DNA from: Nitrospinota bacterium
GTDB taxonomy: Bacteria; Nitrospinota; Nitrospinia; Nitrospinales; VA-1
Direction of reading: 5' to 3'
DNA: 64,000 nucleotides
Assembly: GCA_038108555.1 (NCBI GenBank)
Contig: JAYNIA010000005.1
Location: forward strand, 25,071-89,070
Shown here: in pieces, positions 21,460 through 33,892 of the stretch
How positions within the stretch are numbered: position 1 is the stretch's first letter
Layout of the letters: each line of letters begins with the position of its first letter
Notes under the pieces: generated by a model
Databases searched by the model: none
What the model was told of the DNA's origin: nothing
Seen by the model: the letters and a program-made list of their open reading frames with translations, nothing else
Translations under genes and position numbers: made by a program

Positions 21460-21966
21460 TCAACCTACCTTTTTGCCCCTGGCCCGGGCGTAGTCCTTGG
21501 CACTTCGAAGGTCCATCAGACCCTGAATGGTAGCCTTCACCACATTGTGCGAATTATTGGTGCGCAAACATTTGGTGAGGATATCTCGAACCCCTGCCGC
21601 TTCCAATACCGCGCGTACCGCACCCCCAGCAATCAACCCTGTTCCTCTAGAGGCCGGCTTTAACATAACCCTTCCCGAACCATAAGCACCAATAACCTCA
21701 TGCGGGATGGAGGAGCCATCAAGACTCACGGTAACTAGACTTTTCTTGGCCTTTTCAACTCCTTTGCGAATGGCTTCAGGAACTTCATTGGCCTTGCCCA
21801 AACCCCAACCCACTTTACCTTCACGGTTGCCAACTACAACCAGAGCGCTGAAGCTGAACCGTCGACCGCCTTTTACTACCTTGGCGACGCGGTTGATTTT
21901 TACTACCTTGTCAACAAATTCTGTTGGATTTTCCGGTTGCTTTTGTCGCAAACCTTCCTCCTGCAA
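21460..21966 (-). CDS. rpsE: 30S ribosomal protein S5
   Basis: [31 protein letters not shown] start uncertain. Confidence 0.97.
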   Translation of the reverse strand: MQEEGLRQKQPENPTEFVDKVVKINRVAKVVKGGRRFSFSALVVVGNREGKVGWGLGKANEVPEAIRKGVEKAKKSLVTVSLDGSSIPHEVIGAYGSGRVMLKPASRGTGLIAGGAVRAVLEAAGVRDILTKCLRTNNSHNVVKATIQGLMDLRSAKDYARARGKKVG

Positions 21967-22068
21967 TTTTTGAGGATTTCTTTTAACTCGCTAATTCTTT
22001 TCTCAGGCAATTCGCTTCCCCTTCGGGTCTGCTCATGGCCAAAAACAAGTTTTAGAAATTCTCCTGGA

Positions 22069-22434
22069 TTAAAATTTAATACCTTTTTCCCGAACCGCAT
22101 CGGCCAGGGCTTTGATTCTTCCTGAATAGTGAAAACCGTTCCTATCACAATAAACTTCTTTAATACCTTTAGCTGCTGCCTGCTCACCAATCATGGAACC
22201 GACCAACGCAGCCGCTTTTAAATTTCCACCGGTTTTCATCTGCTCTTTAAATCCTTTGGTCAAGGACGAGCTGGAGACCAGGGTTTTTCCTTCATTGTCA
22301 TCCACAATCTGCGCGTAAATATGTTTGGTACTGCGGAAAATGGTCAGCCGGGGACGATTTTTCTGCTTTTGCACCTTCAGCTTGATTCTTCTTTTTCTGC
22401 TGAGTCGTAACCGTTCACGCTCTAATGTTTTCAT
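22069..22434 (-). CDS. rplR: 50S ribosomal protein L18
   Basis: RPRLTIFRSTKHIYAQIVDD, DRNGFHYSGRI. Confidence 0.97.
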   Translation of the reverse strand: MKTLERERLRLSRKRRIKLKVQKQKNRPRLTIFRSTKHIYAQIVDDNEGKTLVSSSSLTKGFKEQMKTGGNLKAAALVGSMIGEQAAAKGIKEVYCDRNGFHYSGRIKALADAVREKGIKF

Positions 22435-22435
22435 C

Positions 22436-22987
22436 TTACGATCCCTTTCCTACCGCAGCTTTTCCTGCCTTACGAATAATCCTTTCATCTGCGTACATCA
22501 CGCCTTTTCCCTTATAAGGCTCAGGTGGACGAAAACCGCGGATTTCGGCAGCGGTTTGACCCACAACTTCCTTATTGATTCCTTTAACAATAATGGTGTT
22601 CTTTTTGCCATCGACCTCAAACTCGATTCCTTTTGGAGCCGGGTAATTGATCGCATGCGAATGCCCCAGGTTTAACTCGAGGTCTTTTCCCTTCAAAGCA
22701 ACCTTATAACCCACACCCACAACATTGAGTTGTTTTGAGTACCCATTCGAAACACCCAAAATCATATTATTGATCAGGGTTCTAGTCAGGCCGTGTAACG
22801 AACGGTCGGTCCGGCCATCCGAAGGTCGAGTGACTGTCACTACATTATCCTTCATCTCGATCTTCATATTCGGATGCATATCGCGCGACAGTTGGCCCTT
22901 GGGACCTTTGACGTCCACCTTACTGCCATTGATCTTGCATTCAACCCCTGAGGGAACCGTTATTGGTTGTTTTCCTATTCGAGACAT
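22436..22987 (-). CDS. rplF: 50S ribosomal protein L6
   Basis: MSRIGKQPI, VKGPKG, RPPEPYKGKG. Confidence 0.98.
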   Translation of the reverse strand: MSRIGKQPITVPSGVECKINGSKVDVKGPKGQLSRDMHPNMKIEMKDNVVTVTRPSDGRTDRSLHGLTRTLINNMILGVSNGYSKQLNVVGVGYKVALKGKDLELNLGHSHAINYPAPKGIEFEVDGKKNTIIVKGINKEVVGQTAAEIRGFRPPEPYKGKGVMYADERIIRKAGKAAVGKGS

Positions 22988-23056
22988 TTTAATTTTTCCA
23001 TTTCACCGGGTTTCCCCGGTCATTCAAAATTCCTCTTTTCAGAGGAAAATTCATTT

Positions 23057-23449
23057 TTACCAGATATGACCCAGAACCTCGCCACCAACACCCTTTTCAC
23101 GGCATTGCTCATCTGTAAAAACACCAGATGATGTTGAAACAATAGCCAGCCCCAACCCATTCAGAACCTTGGGAACCGTATCACGCTTCACATAATGCCT
23201 TCGGCCCGGTTTGCTGATTCTTTTAATTCCGCGAATAACAGGCTCATCATTTTGATACTTCAAATACACACGGAGAATCCCCTGCTTACCATCATCGTAG
23301 TGTCGGAAATTTTTGATATAACCTTCCTCTTTCAAAATTTCCACGATTCGTTTTTTCATTTTGGACCCGGGAACATCTATTCGCGGATGTTTCACCATTA
23401 ACCCGTTACGAATTAGGGTAAACAAATCGGCTATAGGATCGGTCATCAT
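23057..23449 (-). CDS. rpsH: 30S ribosomal protein S8
   Basis: [30 protein letters not shown]; start set to ATG 23449. Confidence 0.97.
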   Translation of the reverse strand: MMTDPIADLFTLIRNGLMVKHPRIDVPGSKMKKRIVEILKEEGYIKNFRHYDDGKQGILRVYLKYQNDEPVIRGIKRISKPGRRHYVKRDTVPKVLNGLGLAIVSTSSGVFTDEQCREKGVGGEVLGHIW

Positions 23450-23532
23450 TGTACGACGGTACTCCAAAAATTTTTCTAATTCATCCTGTCAAACAAGACA
23501 GAACATTCAGTCTTTTTTTGCCAGAAGCAAGA

Positions 23533-23718
23533 CTACCAACTTGCCTTGGTAACCCCTGGAATTTCACCACGCAATGCTCTCTCGCGGAAACAAATGCGGC
23601 ACATACCAAATTTCCTGAGGTAGCCTCTGGGTCGACCACAAATGTTGCATCGGTTATATGTTCGAACAGAAAACCGAGGGGCTCTTTTTTGTTTAGCTAT
23701 TAATGCTTTTCTTGCCAT
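23533..23718 (-). CDS. rpsN: 30S ribosomal protein S14 type Z (zinc-binding)
   Basis: 61 aa; [10 protein letters not shown]...MCRICFRE. Confidence 0.97.
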   Translation of the reverse strand: MARKALIAKQKRAPRFSVRTYNRCNICGRPRGYLRKFGMCRICFRERALRGEIPGVTKASW

Positions 23719-23722
23719 ACCT

Positions 23723-24262
23723 TTACTTTCTTAAGGGAAGTCCCATATGGGTCAGCAGGCATCTGCCCTGCTCATCATTTTTAGCAGTCGTTGTGATCGT
23801 GATATTCATCCCCTTGATCTTTTCAATTTTATCGAAATTGATTTCAGGGAAGATCAACTGCTCTTTCAATCCAATCGTATAGTTTCCTCTTCCATCAAAT
23901 GCCTTTGGCGGCAGTCCTTTAAAATCACGTACGCGCGGTAGGGCAAAACAAACCAGCCTTTCCCAAAACTCATACATTCGATTGCCCCGCAACGTAACTT
24001 TCAGTCCAATAGGAACACCTTCACGCAACTTAAAGTTAGAGATGGATTTCTTTGCCCTGGTTACCACCGGAGCCTGGCCGGTAATAACCTTCATTTGTTC
24101 AATTCCAGATTCTATCAACTTGGAATTTTGCAACGCTTCACCCAGCCCCATATTTACAGTGATCTTTTCCATTTTGGGAACTTCCATCACGTTACCCAAA
24201 CCAAGATCTTTCTGGATCTGAGCTTTATGCTTTTCTATATATGCTTTTTTAAAATTTGCCAT
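23723..24262 (-). CDS. rplE: 50S ribosomal protein L5
   Basis: [26 protein letters not shown]; start set to ATG 24262 (179 aa). Confidence 0.97.
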   Translation of the reverse strand: MANFKKAYIEKHKAQIQKDLGLGNVMEVPKMEKITVNMGLGEALQNSKLIESGIEQMKVITGQAPVVTRAKKSISNFKLREGVPIGLKVTLRGNRMYEFWERLVCFALPRVRDFKGLPPKAFDGRGNYTIGLKEQLIFPEINFDKIEKIKGMNITITTTAKNDEQGRCLLTHMGLPLRK

Positions 24263-24263
24263 G

Positions 24264-24602
24264 CTATACCTTATCCAACACATCTCCGGTTTTGGAACAC
24301 ACGCGAACCCGCTTACCATCAGCCAGCTTTTTAAGCTTGGTCCGAACCCCTTTCCCAGCTTTATCGCTTACCAATAAAACATTGGAGATATGGATTGTTC
24401 CTTCTTTTTCAACAATAGACGATTGCCGGGACTTACCATCCCCTTTGGTATGGCGCTTTAACATATTCAGTTTTTCGACGGTCACCCTTTGGGTAGAGGG
24501 AAAGATGGCAAGTATTTTTCCTTTTTTGCCCTTTTCTTTTCCGGCGATAACTTCAACGATATCGTCTTTTTTCAAATGTAATTTATAACCTGCCTTTTTC
24601 AC
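24264..24602 (-). CDS. rplX: 50S ribosomal protein L24
   Basis: KOW motif [24 protein letters not shown] start. Confidence 0.97.
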   Translation of the reverse strand: MKKAGYKLHLKKDDIVEVIAGKEKGKKGKILAIFPSTQRVTVEKLNMLKRHTKGDGKSRQSSIVEKEGTIHISNVLLVSDKAGKGVRTKLKKLADGKRVRVCSKTGDVLDKV

Positions 24603-24970
24603 TACAGTACCTCCGGCGCAAGCGATAGAATTTTCATATAACTTTTCGCGCGCAACTCCCTGGCCACAGGACCAAAGATACGAGTACCTACAGGATCTTT
24701 TCCATCTCCAATCAGAACCGCTGCATTGCTATCGAATTTGATATAGGTTCCATTTGACCGTCGAATTTCCTTGCGCGTACGAACCACCACCGCTTTTTTA
24801 ACTTCACCTTTTTTCAGATTACTTTGCGGATCAACCTCTTTTACCGCCACAACGATCACATCCCCAATACTGGCGTACCTTCGACGAGATCCCCCCAGGA
24901 CTTTGATACACTGGACCACCTTCGCCCCGGAATTGTCTGCAACTTCCATAACGGTTCTTAACTGAATCAT
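24602..24970 (-). CDS. rplN: 50S ribosomal protein L14
   Basis: [28 protein letters not shown]. Confidence 0.98.
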   Translation of the reverse strand: MIQLRTVMEVADNSGAKVVQCIKVLGGSRRRYASIGDVIVVAVKEVDPQSNLKKGEVKKAVVVRTRKEIRRSNGTYIKFDSNAAVLIGDGKDPVGTRIFGPVARELRAKSYMKILSLAPEVL

Positions 24971-25242
24971 GACGCTGTACCTTCCTCTACCGCTTTTTCA
25001 ATAATTTCTAACATCCGCCAGCGCTTGGTTTTACTCAGAGGACGCGTCTCCCGGATACTGATGAAATCTCCCGGCTTGCACTCGTTGTTTTCATCATGCG
25101 CACTGTATTTACGGCTGCTTTTCACCACCTTTTTGAACTTGGGGTGCATGTACTTTCGTTCTACCTTCACGACCACCGTCTTGTCCATTTTGTTACTTAC
25201 AACGTGGCCTTGCAGGGTCTTTCTGTTTGTCGTCTTTTCCAA
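24967..25242 (-). CDS. rpsQ: 30S ribosomal protein S17
   Basis: [28 protein letters not shown] start. Confidence 0.97.
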   Translation of the reverse strand: MEKTTNRKTLQGHVVSNKMDKTVVVKVERKYMHPKFKKVVKSSRKYSAHDENNECKPGDFISIRETRPLSKTKRWRMLEIIEKAVEEGTAS

Positions 25243-25292
25243 AAGTATTTCCTATTCCGTTTGGTTTTAAGTTTAATACCAATCCTTTTGCG

Positions 25293-25523
25293 CTATTTCT
25301 TTTCTTCTTTTTTTTCTTCTTCCGGCTTTGCTTCGTCCCCACCCGATTCCTTCTGGATGGTTTTAATTCTCGCAATATCCCGACGAAGACTTTTCAGACG
25401 GCTGGGATTTTCAATTTTTCCGGTCGCCAACTGAAACCTCAGGTTGAAAATTTCCTGACCGAGGTCGACCACTTTCTCCTGCCGCTCTTTCTCCGAAAGA
25501 TCTCTAATTTCTTGTGCTTTCAT
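25293..25523 (-). CDS. rpmC: 50S ribosomal protein L29
   Basis: MKAQEIR, FNLRFQLATG, RRDIARIKT. Confidence 0.97.
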   Translation of the reverse strand: MKAQEIRDLSEKERQEKVVDLGQEIFNLRFQLATGKIENPSRLKSLRRDIARIKTIQKESGGDEAKPEEEKKEEKK

Positions 25524-25541
25524 TTCCTAATTACCGTCCAA

Positions 25542-25946
25542 TTATTTTGTAACGAACCGCGTTGCCACCGACAACTTATGGGCCGCAAGACGAAAAGCTT
25601 CCTTCGCTATCGGCTCAGGGACACCCTCCATTTCATAAAGCATCCGCCCGGGCTTTACCACTGCAACCCAAAACTCCGGATTCCCCTTACCCTTACCCAT
25701 TCGAGTTTCAAGCGGCTTTTTCGAAACCGGCTTGTCAGGAAAAATTCTCAACCAGATTTTTCCACCCCTCTTCACATGACGGGTCATGGCAATACGGGCT
25801 GCTTCAATCTGCCGGTTTGTAATGCGCCCACACTCCATCGCCTGAAGGCCATACGTTCCAAAACTGATCGCTCCACCTCGGTAAGCGGTTCCACGCATCT
25901 TGCCTTTATGGCGCTTTCTATATTTAACTCTTTTAGGCATCAACAT
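25542..25946 (-). CDS. rplP: 50S ribosomal protein L16
   Basis: [26 protein letters not shown]. Confidence 0.98.
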   Translation of the reverse strand: MLMPKRVKYRKRHKGKMRGTAYRGGAISFGTYGLQAMECGRITNRQIEAARIAMTRHVKRGGKIWLRIFPDKPVSKKPLETRMGKGKGNPEFWVAVVKPGRMLYEMEGVPEPIAKEAFRLAAHKLSVATRFVTK

Positions 25947-25985
25947 GATGCGCTATCTCCCAAATAAAATTACTTTAAATTAAGC

Positions 25986-26678
25986 CTAGCCTTTGGCCTG
26001 CTCCTCAGCGGGTTTAGATCCGAATCCCTCCGGTTTTTCCATTTTCTTATCCGGGAGAATCTCTCCCTTATAAACCCAAACCTTCACCCCGATTATTCCG
26101 AAAGTGGTATTCGAAATTGCGGTTCCATAATCAATATCCGCCCTGAGCGTATGCAGCGGAACGCGCCCCTCGCGATACCATTCACTTCGAGCAATTTCAG
26201 CCCCACCCAATCGCCCAGAAACTCGCACCTTGATTCCTTTTGCCCCAAACCGAAGCGCCGAAACAACACTCTTTTTCATGGCACGACGGAAGGAAACTCG
26301 TTTTTCCAACTGCAGAGCAATGTTTTGACCGATCAAAGTCGCATCCAATTCAGCCCGGCGAACTTCCTTGATATTCAGGTTGACCTGCTTACCAGACATT
26401 ACCTTTTGCAATTCTTCCTTCAAGCGGTCAACTTCAAGACCTTTCTTACCAATGATGATTCCCGGTCGCGCAGTATGAATGTTGATCCGCACCCGGTTGG
26501 CAGAGCGCTCGATTTCCACCCGTGAAATTCCCGCATGGGCCAGAGTTTTGAAAATATATTTCCTGAGATTGATGTCTTCAACCAACTGACCCGAATAATC
26601 TTTCCGTGCGTACCAATTGGAAATCCAGGTCTTGTTGAATCCTAATCGAAACCCATAGGGATGTACTTTTTGACCCAC
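25986..26678 (-). CDS. rpsC: 30S ribosomal protein S3
   Basis: [41 protein letters not shown] start. Confidence 0.98.
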   Translation of the reverse strand: MGQKVHPYGFRLGFNKTWISNWYARKDYSGQLVEDINLRKYIFKTLAHAGISRVEIERSANRVRINIHTARPGIIIGKKGLEVDRLKEELQKVMSGKQVNLNIKEVRRAELDATLIGQNIALQLEKRVSFRRAMKKSVVSALRFGAKGIKVRVSGRLGGAEIARSEWYREGRVPLHTLRADIDYGTAISNTTFGIIGVKVWVYKGEILPDKKMEKPEGFGSKPAEEQAKG

Positions 26679-26688
26679 TTTTTTCTCC

Positions 26689-27030
26689 TTAAGATTCTTT
26701 CTCTTCCAGCACCAAGGTGATGTGGCTGGTCTTTTTCTGGATCATGGTAGAGGTACCTCGCGCCCTCGGCATATGGCGCTTCCAGGTGACACCCTCATCG
26801 ACCCTGACATTTTTAATAAACAAATCTTCCACATCAAGAACCTTATGGTTCTCTTCCGCATTGGCAATTGCAGATTTTAGTAATTTTTGAAATATATCCG
26901 CCGCCCTTTTTCGCGTGAACTGCAGAATATTAATCGCATCATTCACGTTCTTTCCACGAATCAAATTGGCAATCAATCTCGCCTTTCGTGGCGCGGTGCG
27001 CGTATGCCTGAGCAGTGCTTTCACTTCCAT
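26689..27030 (-). CDS. rplV: 50S ribosomal protein L22
   Basis: [26 protein letters not shown]. Confidence 0.97.
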   Translation of the reverse strand: MEVKALLRHTRTAPRKARLIANLIRGKNVNDAINILQFTRKRAADIFQKLLKSAIANAEENHKVLDVEDLFIKNVRVDEGVTWKRHMPRARGTSTMIQKKTSHITLVLEEKES

Positions 27031-27046
27031 GATTCTTTAATCTCTC

Positions 27047-27328
27047 TTATTTAGTAACTGCCTTTTTCGTTTTACCCCCGTGCGACTTGAAAGTACGCGT
27101 TGGAGCAAACTCACCCAGCTTGTGACCCACCATATTTTCCGTCACAAATACGGGGAAAAAATTTTTCCCGTTATGAACAGAAATGGTATGCCCGACAAAA
27201 TCCGGGGTAATGGTGGAGCGACGCGACCAGGTTTTGAAAACCTTCTTTTCGTTCTTGCGATTCAACTCCTCGATCCTGTCCATCAGATGCGAATCAACAA
27301 ACGGACCTTTTTTTAATGATCGTGCCAT
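27047..27328 (-). CDS. rpsS: 30S ribosomal protein S19
   Basis: [30 protein letters not shown]. Confidence 0.98.
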   Translation of the reverse strand: MARSLKKGPFVDSHLMDRIEELNRKNEKKVFKTWSRRSTITPDFVGHTISVHNGKNFFPVFVTENMVGHKLGEFAPTRTFKSHGGKTKKAVTK

Positions 27329-27353
27329 TCCTAACCCTCAAAAATTGACTAAA

Positions 27354-28184
27354 TTATTTTTTCTTTTTACGACTGAGAATAAACTTGTTAGATTGCTTAT
27401 TCACTTTTCTCGTTTTCAATCCTTTTGCGCTTTGACCCCAGGGACTACAGGGGTGACGCCCTCCCGAGGACCGGCCTTCACCACCGCCCATCGGATGATC
27501 CACCGGGTTCATCGCTACTGCCCGCACACGGGGTCGGCGGCCCATCCAGCGAACACGCCCGGCCTTTCCGATCGATACGTTTTCATGATCCTGATTTCCA
27601 ACCACACCGATGGTGGCGCGACAATTTTTATGAATCAACCGAACCTCACCGGACCTCAGCTTCAGCGTGACATATTCCCCTTCTTTCGCCATCAACTGCA
27701 CACCGTTTCCGGCACTGCGTGCGATCTGCGCACCTTTTCCCGGCCTCATCTCTATATTATGGACCAGAGTTCCCTCGGGAATATCCTTAAGCGGCAGACA
27801 ATTACCATTCTTAATTTCCGCATTTTCGCCCGACATCAACACATCGCCGACATTTAATTTTGAAGGCGCAATGATGTACCGCTTCTCCCCATCCGCATAA
27901 ACCAGAAGCGCAATCCGCGCGGAACGATTGGGGTCATACTCTATCCCAACAACCTTTGCCGCAATTCCATCTTTCCCACGCTTGAAATCAATAACGCGAT
28001 ACTTTTTACGGTGACCGCCGCCTCTACGTTTGCTGGTAACACGCCCATTATTGTTTCGCCCGCCGGATTTTGAAATGGAAACCAGCAAACTTTTTTCCGG
28101 AGCGGATTTTGTAACCTCATCGAACCCGGAAATGGTTTGAAAGCGAACCCCGGGAGATCTTGGCTTTAGTTTTCTTATTGGCAT
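27354..28184 (-). CDS. rplB: 50S ribosomal protein L2
   Basis: [29 protein letters not shown]. Confidence 0.98.
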   Translation of the reverse strand: MPIRKLKPRSPGVRFQTISGFDEVTKSAPEKSLLVSISKSGGRNNNGRVTSKRRGGGHRKKYRVIDFKRGKDGIAAKVVGIEYDPNRSARIALLVYADGEKRYIIAPSKLNVGDVLMSGENAEIKNGNCLPLKDIPEGTLVHNIEMRPGKGAQIARSAGNGVQLMAKEGEYVTLKLRSGEVRLIHKNCRATIGVVGNQDHENVSIGKAGRVRWMGRRPRVRAVAMNPVDHPMGGGEGRSSGGRHPCSPWGQSAKGLKTRKVNKQSNKFILSRKKKK

Positions 28185-28190
28185 TAACCC

Positions 28191-28478
28191 CTACACTCCC
28201 TCAAATATTTCAATTTTGTCCCCTTCTTTCAACTGAACCATTGCCTTTTTCCAGGCCTTAGACTGCCCCATGGTCCGGCCAAACCGTCGGCGCTTGCCAC
28301 GAACAATCTGAGTATTCACTTTTAAAACAGAGACATTGAAAATTTTTTGAATCGCATCACGAATCTGAATTTTATTCGCATCCATATTGACATCGAAGGT
28401 CACCCAGTTTCCCTCCGCCAACATGGTGGTTCCCTTTTCGGTAACCAGAGGCTTGTTTACCACTCGATACAAATCCAT
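28191..28478 (-). CDS. rplW: 50S ribosomal protein L23
   Basis: PLVTEK, ANKIQI, WKKAMVQL; start ATG 28478 overlaps the rplD stop (TGATG). Confidence 0.96.
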   Translation of the reverse strand: MDLYRVVNKPLVTEKGTTMLAEGNWVTFDVNMDANKIQIRDAIQKIFNVSVLKVNTQIVRGKRRRFGRTMGQSKAWKKAMVQLKEGDKIEIFEGV

Positions 28479-29104
28479 CAGTTCAGCCTCTCCTCTATTT
28501 TTTGAAGCGCATCTTTCGTACAAACAATTTTTTCATGCTTCAACAAATCAAAAACATTCAGACCGTCCACCAGCAACACATTGGTGTAAGGCAGATTACG
28601 CACTGCCAACTGAAAGTTCTGATTTTTCTCGGAAATAATGAATAACGTTTTATCAGGAAGACTCAACTTCTTAAGGATCGCCGCAGCATCCCTGGTTTTT
28701 GGATTCTCAAGTGTAATAGAGTCGACCACTGAGATATTTTGATTTTTAAATCTTTCGCTAAGAACCGATTTAATCGCCTGCTTTTTGGATTTTTTGGATA
28801 GAGAGAAAGCGTAGCTTCTGGGGCTGGGACCAAACACCGTCATACCCCCACGCCAGACCGGAGATCGGGTATTACCTGAACGAGCACGCCCCGTACCCTT
28901 CTGCCTCCAGGGTTTCGCGTTACTTCCATGCAGGTCGCCCTTGTTTTGCTTGGTGGCCGCATTGCCTCCGCGTCGAGCTGCCAATTGCATGGTCACATAG
29001 CGCTGCACCAATTCCTCACGCACCTTGGTCTCGAACACATCCGAAGAAGCCTCGACGGTTCCGACTTTTTTATTTTCTGTATCTATTACATCTAACTCAG
29101 GCAT
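28478..29104 (-). CDS. rplD: 50S ribosomal protein L4
   Basis: KPWRQKGTGRARSG..RSPVWRGG..FGP. Confidence 0.97.
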   Translation of the reverse strand: MPELDVIDTENKKVGTVEASSDVFETKVREELVQRYVTMQLAARRGGNAATKQNKGDLHGSNAKPWRQKGTGRARSGNTRSPVWRGGMTVFGPSPRSYAFSLSKKSKKQAIKSVLSERFKNQNISVVDSITLENPKTRDAAAILKKLSLPDKTLFIISEKNQNFQLAVRNLPYTNVLLVDGLNVFDLLKHEKIVCTKDALQKIEERLN

Positions 29105-29120
29105 GAGAAATCTTTATCCC

Positions 29121-29741
29121 TTATGATTTAAAAATACTTAACAATCCGCCATTAGCACCCGGAACAGAACCCTTGAGCAGAAGCACGTTGTTTTCAACGT
29201 CCACCCGCACGACCTGAAGATTTTTCAGGTGCTTTGTCTTTCCACCCATTCTTCCCGGCATACCCATTCCTTTTAGAACCCGGCCCGGATAAGTGTGCAT
29301 TCCGATCGATCCAGTGCCGCGATAGCTTTCATGATGCCCATGGGAAGCAGGCGCGCCTCCGTAGTTGTACCGCTTGAAAACACCGGCAAATCCACGGCCC
29401 TTGGTCACACCCACCACTTCGACTTCATCGCCTTCGCTGAAAATATCAACTTTGATGGGCTTTCCAATGGCGTCATCATCGACATCCTGATCCCTGAACT
29501 CCTTGAGAACTTTTGCAGGCTCGATTTTGTGCTTGTCGTAAAAACCCTTTAAAGGCTTGTTAGTGTGCTTTTCTTTTCGGGTGCCATAAGCCAGCATGAC
29601 TGCATTATAACCATCCTTCTCAACGGTCCGCTTTAACACCGGAACACACCGTTCCACCTGCACCACTGTAACCGGCACACAATCCCCCTTGTCATTAAAG
29701 ACCTGGGTCATTCCTACTTTTTTTCCCAATAACGCGCTCAT
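29121..29741 (-). CDS. rplC: 50S ribosomal protein L3
   Basis: GKKVGMTQ, TKGRGFAG, SHG, KGSVPG. Confidence 0.97.
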   Translation of the reverse strand: MSALLGKKVGMTQVFNDKGDCVPVTVVQVERCVPVLKRTVEKDGYNAVMLAYGTRKEKHTNKPLKGFYDKHKIEPAKVLKEFRDQDVDDDAIGKPIKVDIFSEGDEVEVVGVTKGRGFAGVFKRYNYGGAPASHGHHESYRGTGSIGMHTYPGRVLKGMGMPGRMGGKTKHLKNLQVVRVDVENNVLLLKGSVPGANGGLLSIFKS

Positions 29742-29753
29742 TGATTTTCCAAT

Positions 29754-30062
29754 TTAAAGCTTGATCTCGATATCCACACCGCCCGACAGATCCAGTTTCA
29801 TCAATGCATCTACGGTCTGCGGTGTAGGCTCAAGAATTTCCATGATCCGCTTGTGAGTTCGAATCTCGAACTGTTCGCGAGATTTTTTATCCACATGCGG
29901 CGACCTTAATACTGTCCACCGATTCCTTACAGTTGGCAGTGGAACCGGGCCCACAACCTTTGCTCCCGTACGCCGGGTGGTTTCAACAATTTCCGCCACC
30001 GACCAGTCCAGCAGCTTATGGTCATAAGCCTTGAGTTTGATACGTATTTTTTGGTCGTTCAT
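29754..30062 (-). CDS. rpsJ: 30S ribosomal protein S10
   Basis: [30 protein letters not shown]; start overlaps the tuf stop (TAATG). Confidence 0.98.
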   Translation of the reverse strand: MNDQKIRIKLKAYDHKLLDWSVAEIVETTRRTGAKVVGPVPLPTVRNRWTVLRSPHVDKKSREQFEIRTHKRIMEILEPTPQTVDALMKLDLSGGVDIEIKL

Positions 30063-31252
30063 TATTCTATGATCTCGTTAACCACTCCGGCGCCAACAGT
30101 ACGGCCACCTTCACGAATTGCAAAACGAAGCTCTTTAGCCATAGCAACCGGCGTAATAAGAGTGATTTCCATTGAAACATTATCTCCCGGCATAACCATT
30201 TCAACTCCAGAAGGTAATGTTGCAACACCGGTAACGTCGGTGGTTCTGAAGTAGAACTGCGGACGATATCCATTAAAGAACGGAGTATGCCGACCCCCCT
30301 CTTCCTTCGTCAAAATATAAACCTCCGCCTTAAACTTTGTATGCGGTGTAATCGATCCCGGCTTGGCAAGAACCTGACCACGCTCGATTTCCTCACGCTT
30401 GGTTCCACGAAGCAGAACACCCACGTTCTCACCCGCGCGACCTTCATCAAGAAGCTTGCGGAACATTTCAACACCCGTCGCGGTAGTTTTTGTGGTTTCG
30501 CGGAATCCTACGATTTCAATTTCTTCACCGACTTTAATAACGCCGGTTTCAACACGACCGGTTGCAACCGTTCCACGACCTGAAATACTGAAGATATCTT
30601 CAATAGGCATCAGGAACGGTTTATCCACAGGACGATCAGGAAGCGGGAAGTAGGTATCCAAAGCTTCCATCAACTCCCAGATACATTTGGTTTTTTCTTC
30701 GTCTTCCGGATTCTCCAAAGCCTGCAAAGCACTACCGCGAATAACCGGAACATCATCCCCTGGGAATTCGTATTTACTCAGCAACTCACGAACTTCCAGC
30801 TCAACCAGATCAAGCAGCTCAGGATCATCAACCATGTCACACTTGTTCATGAATACAACGATCTTGGGAACACCCACCTGACGCGCCAGCAAGATATGCT
30901 CGCGGGTTTGCGGCATTGGACCGTCATTTGCCGAGATAACCAGAACCGCACCATCCATTTGCGCCGCACCGGTGATCATGTTTTTTACATAGTCGGCATG
31001 GCCCGGGCAATCCACATGGGCGTAATGGCGATTCTCAGTATTATATTCAACGTGAGCAATAGCGATGGTAATACCACGTTCTTTTTCCTCAGGCGCTTTA
31101 TCAATTTGGTCGAAGGCGATGGTTTCTGCATATCCCTTTTTCGACAAAACCTCAGTGATCGCAGCGGTGAGGGTGGTTTTACCATGGTCAACGTGACCCA
31201 CTGTCCCAACGTTCAAATGCGGTTTATCACGAACAAATTTTTCTTTAGCCAT
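30062..31252 (-). CDS. tuf: elongation factor Tu
   Basis: [39 protein letters not shown]. Confidence 0.99.
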   Translation of the reverse strand: MAKEKFVRDKPHLNVGTVGHVDHGKTTLTAAITEVLSKKGYAETIAFDQIDKAPEEKERGITIAIAHVEYNTENRHYAHVDCPGHADYVKNMITGAAQMDGAVLVISANDGPMPQTREHILLARQVGVPKIVVFMNKCDMVDDPELLDLVELEVRELLSKYEFPGDDVPVIRGSALQALENPEDEEKTKCIWELMEALDTYFPLPDRPVDKPFLMPIEDIFSISGRGTVATGRVETGVIKVGEEIEIVGFRETTKTTATGVEMFRKLLDEGRAGENVGVLLRGTKREEIERGQVLAKPGSITPHTKFKAEVYILTKEEGGRHTPFFNGYRPQFYFRTTDVTGVATLPSGVEMVMPGDNVSMEITLITPVAMAKELRFAIREGGRTVGAGVVNEIIE

Positions 31253-31284
31253 TCTTATTTACTCCAATATATATGTATGATTTA

Positions 31285-33387
31285 TTAAACTGCTAGTTTC
31301 TCACTGGTACCGGTGGATTTTGCAATCAATTCCTCGGCCAAGGCTGCCGGAACAGAATCATATTTAGCAAACTCCATGGAATAACTGGCCCGCCCCTGAG
31401 TCGCGGATCGAAGATCCGTGGAATACCCAAACATTCCCGACAAAGGAACTTCCGCCCTTACAACCTTTGCGCCAGCCCGATCTGAAAGGTCTTTGATCTT
31501 GCCGCGCTTGGAATTGAGCCGGCCTATAACATCACCCATAAACTCTTCAGGGGTGACCACTTCCACATCCATTACCGGCTCCAGCAACTGCGGCGCTCCC
31601 TTTTTACAAGCTTCCTGAAACGCTATCGACGCACAAATTTTAAACGCCATTTCGGAAGAATCCACATCATGAAAAGACCCGTCCAACAGCGTTACCGAAA
31701 TATCTACTGCGGGATAGCCACAAAGTATCCCTCTTGCCATCGACTCCACAACGCCCTTTTGAACAGCCGGAATATATTCTTTGGGGATGGCACCACCCAC
31801 GATTTTATTAACGAACTCGAATCCCGTCCCTGCTTCCCTCGGTTCGATTTTTATAACGACATGACCATACTGACCTCGACCACCCGTCTGCTTGACGTAT
31901 TTATATTCATGCTCAACCTGTTTAGTGATGGTCTCTTTATAAGCAACCTGCGGCTTAGAAACATCCACATCGAGCGAGAACTCCCGACGCATACGATCCA
32001 CCAGCACTTCCAAATGCAACTCACCCATTCCCGAAATTACTGTTTGGTTGGTATCGGGATCCACACGCACCTGGAAGGTGGGGTCTTCCTGCAACAGCTT
32101 GACCAGACAATCTGAAAGTTTCTCCTGCTCTGCTTTCGTTTTTGGCTCGATCGCCACAGAAATAACCGGTTCGGGAAATTGAATCGCTTCCAAAATAATC
32201 GGATGGTCCTTATCGCAAAGCGTGTCTCCGGTGTAGGACTTTTTCAATCCAATCACCGCTGCGATATCCCCCGCCTTTACCGAATCAACCTCTTCCCGTT
32301 TATTGGCGTGCATTCTCAGGATACGGCCCACACGTTCCTTTTCATTTTTTGTTGAGTTGTAGACATAAGAACCACTGGTCAACTCTCCAGAATAAACACG
32401 CACAAACGCCAACTGACCCACAAAAGGATCGGTCATAATTTTGAAAGCCAGGGCCGAGAAATGATCACCCACTTCCAGCTTGCGACTTTCTTCTGCTTGC
32501 GTGTTGGGATTTGTACCCGTAATGGTTTTGAGTTCCTGAGGAGAGGGGAGGTAGGCTACTACAGAATCGAGCAATTGCTGCACACCCTTATTTTTAAATG
32601 CCGCACCACATAAAATAGGAGTAAATTTGGATTCCAGGGTTCCCACTCTCAATGCGGCATTGATTTCCTCCACCGAGACCTCTTCGCCACCGAGGAATTT
32701 TTCCATAATGGCATCATCCACATCGGAGATGGATTCAATGAGTTTCTCGCGATACTCTTCCGCTTGATCTTTATACTCATCGGGGATGTCTTCAACATCA
32801 AAGGTCTCACCTTTATTCTTTGCATCCGAATACACGTTGGCTTTCATATTGATAAGATCAATCACGCCAACGAAATCCGCCTCAACCCCCAAAGGAAGTT
32901 GAATAGGCACCGGATGCGCATTCAACTTTTCTTTCATTTGCTCAACACAACCGAGGAAATTAGCCCCGGCCCGATCCATTTTATTCACAAAACAGATACG
33001 CGGAACATTGTATTTACTGGCCTGACGCCAAACCGTTTCAGACTGAGGCTCAACACCACTGACCGCATCGAAAACGCCAACAGCACCATCCAAAACACGC
33101 AAGGACCGCTCCACTTCAGCAGTGAAATCCACATGCCCCGGGGTATCAATAATATTGATTTTATGCCCCAACCAGGAACAAGTCGTTGCCGCCGATGTAA
33201 TGGTAATACCCCTTTCCTGCTCCTGCTCCATCCAGTCCATAGTGGCATTACCGTCATGCACCTCACCTATCTTATGGCTCTTTCCGGTGTAGTACAGGAC
33301 TCTTTCAGTCGTCGTGGTTTTACCCGCATCAATATGCGCAATGATTCCAATATTGCGGGTCTTTTCAAGATCGATTTTTTTATTCAC
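31285..33387 (-). CDS. fusA: elongation factor G
   Basis: [41 protein letters not shown] start. Confidence 0.98.
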   Translation of the reverse strand: MNKKIDLEKTRNIGIIAHIDAGKTTTTERVLYYTGKSHKIGEVHDGNATMDWMEQEQERGITITSAATTCSWLGHKINIIDTPGHVDFTAEVERSLRVLDGAVGVFDAVSGVEPQSETVWRQASKYNVPRICFVNKMDRAGANFLGCVEQMKEKLNAHPVPIQLPLGVEADFVGVIDLINMKANVYSDAKNKGETFDVEDIPDEYKDQAEEYREKLIESISDVDDAIMEKFLGGEEVSVEEINAALRVGTLESKFTPILCGAAFKNKGVQQLLDSVVAYLPSPQELKTITGTNPNTQAEESRKLEVGDHFSALAFKIMTDPFVGQLAFVRVYSGELTSGSYVYNSTKNEKERVGRILRMHANKREEVDSVKAGDIAAVIGLKKSYTGDTLCDKDHPIILEAIQFPEPVISVAIEPKTKAEQEKLSDCLVKLLQEDPTFQVRVDPDTNQTVISGMGELHLEVLVDRMRREFSLDVDVSKPQVAYKETITKQVEHEYKYVKQTGGRGQYGHVVIKIEPREAGTGFEFVNKIVGGAIPKEYIPAVQKGVVESMARGILCGYPAVDISVTLLDGSFHDVDSSEMAFKICASIAFQEACKKGAPQLLEPVMDVEVVTPEEFMGDVIGRLNSKRGKIKDLSDRAGAKVVRAEVPLSGMFGYSTDLRSATQGRASYSMEFAKYDSVPAALAEELIAKSTGTSEKLAV

Positions 33388-33407
33388 TTTTGTTCTTTAA
33401 GCTCCTA

Positions 33408-33878
33408 TTACCAACGGTAGTGGGCAAATGCTTTATTGGCTTCCGCCATTCGATGAACTTCTTCTTTTTTCTTAATCGCTCCGCCTGAATTATTAAAGGC
33501 GTCCATAATTTCTCCGGTCAACTTATCCGCCATGGTTTTTCCTGATCGCTGCCTGGCATTTTGAATCACCCAGCGAATACTGAGAGCCATCCGGCGATTT
33601 TCCCTCACTTCAACAGGCACCTGATAAGTTGCGCCCCCAACGCGACGGGACCGAACCTCCAGTAGCGGGGCAGCGTTTTCAATCGCCTTGCGAAAAACGC
33701 GCAATGGCTCTTCTTTCCCCTTCGCTTCAATATTTTCCAGGGCTTTATAGAAAATGGTTTCCGCCAAACCCTTTTTCCCCTTATTCAAAATACAATTGAT
33801 AAACCGGGCCACCAGCAAATCATTGAATTTTGGATCTGGAGTGATCTTCCTTTTTTGCGCTTCTCGTCTTCGTGCCAT
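33408..33878 (-). CDS. rpsG: 30S ribosomal protein S7
   Basis: [30 protein letters not shown]. Confidence 0.98.
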   Translation of the reverse strand: MARRREAQKRKITPDPKFNDLLVARFINCILNKGKKGLAETIFYKALENIEAKGKEEPLRVFRKAIENAAPLLEVRSRRVGGATYQVPVEVRENRRMALSIRWVIQNARQRSGKTMADKLTGEIMDAFNNSGGAIKKKEEVHRMAEANKAFAHYRW

Positions 33879-33892
33879 AGTTAGTTATCTAT

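Noticed and set aside
21967..22068. Unusually long rplR-rpsE spacer as a hiding place for rpmD or a small gene
   Set aside because: Only a 17-codon ATG ORF ([17 protein letters not shown]) and the tail of an out-of-frame rplR-overlapping ORF; no L30 resemblance; hairpins are weak.
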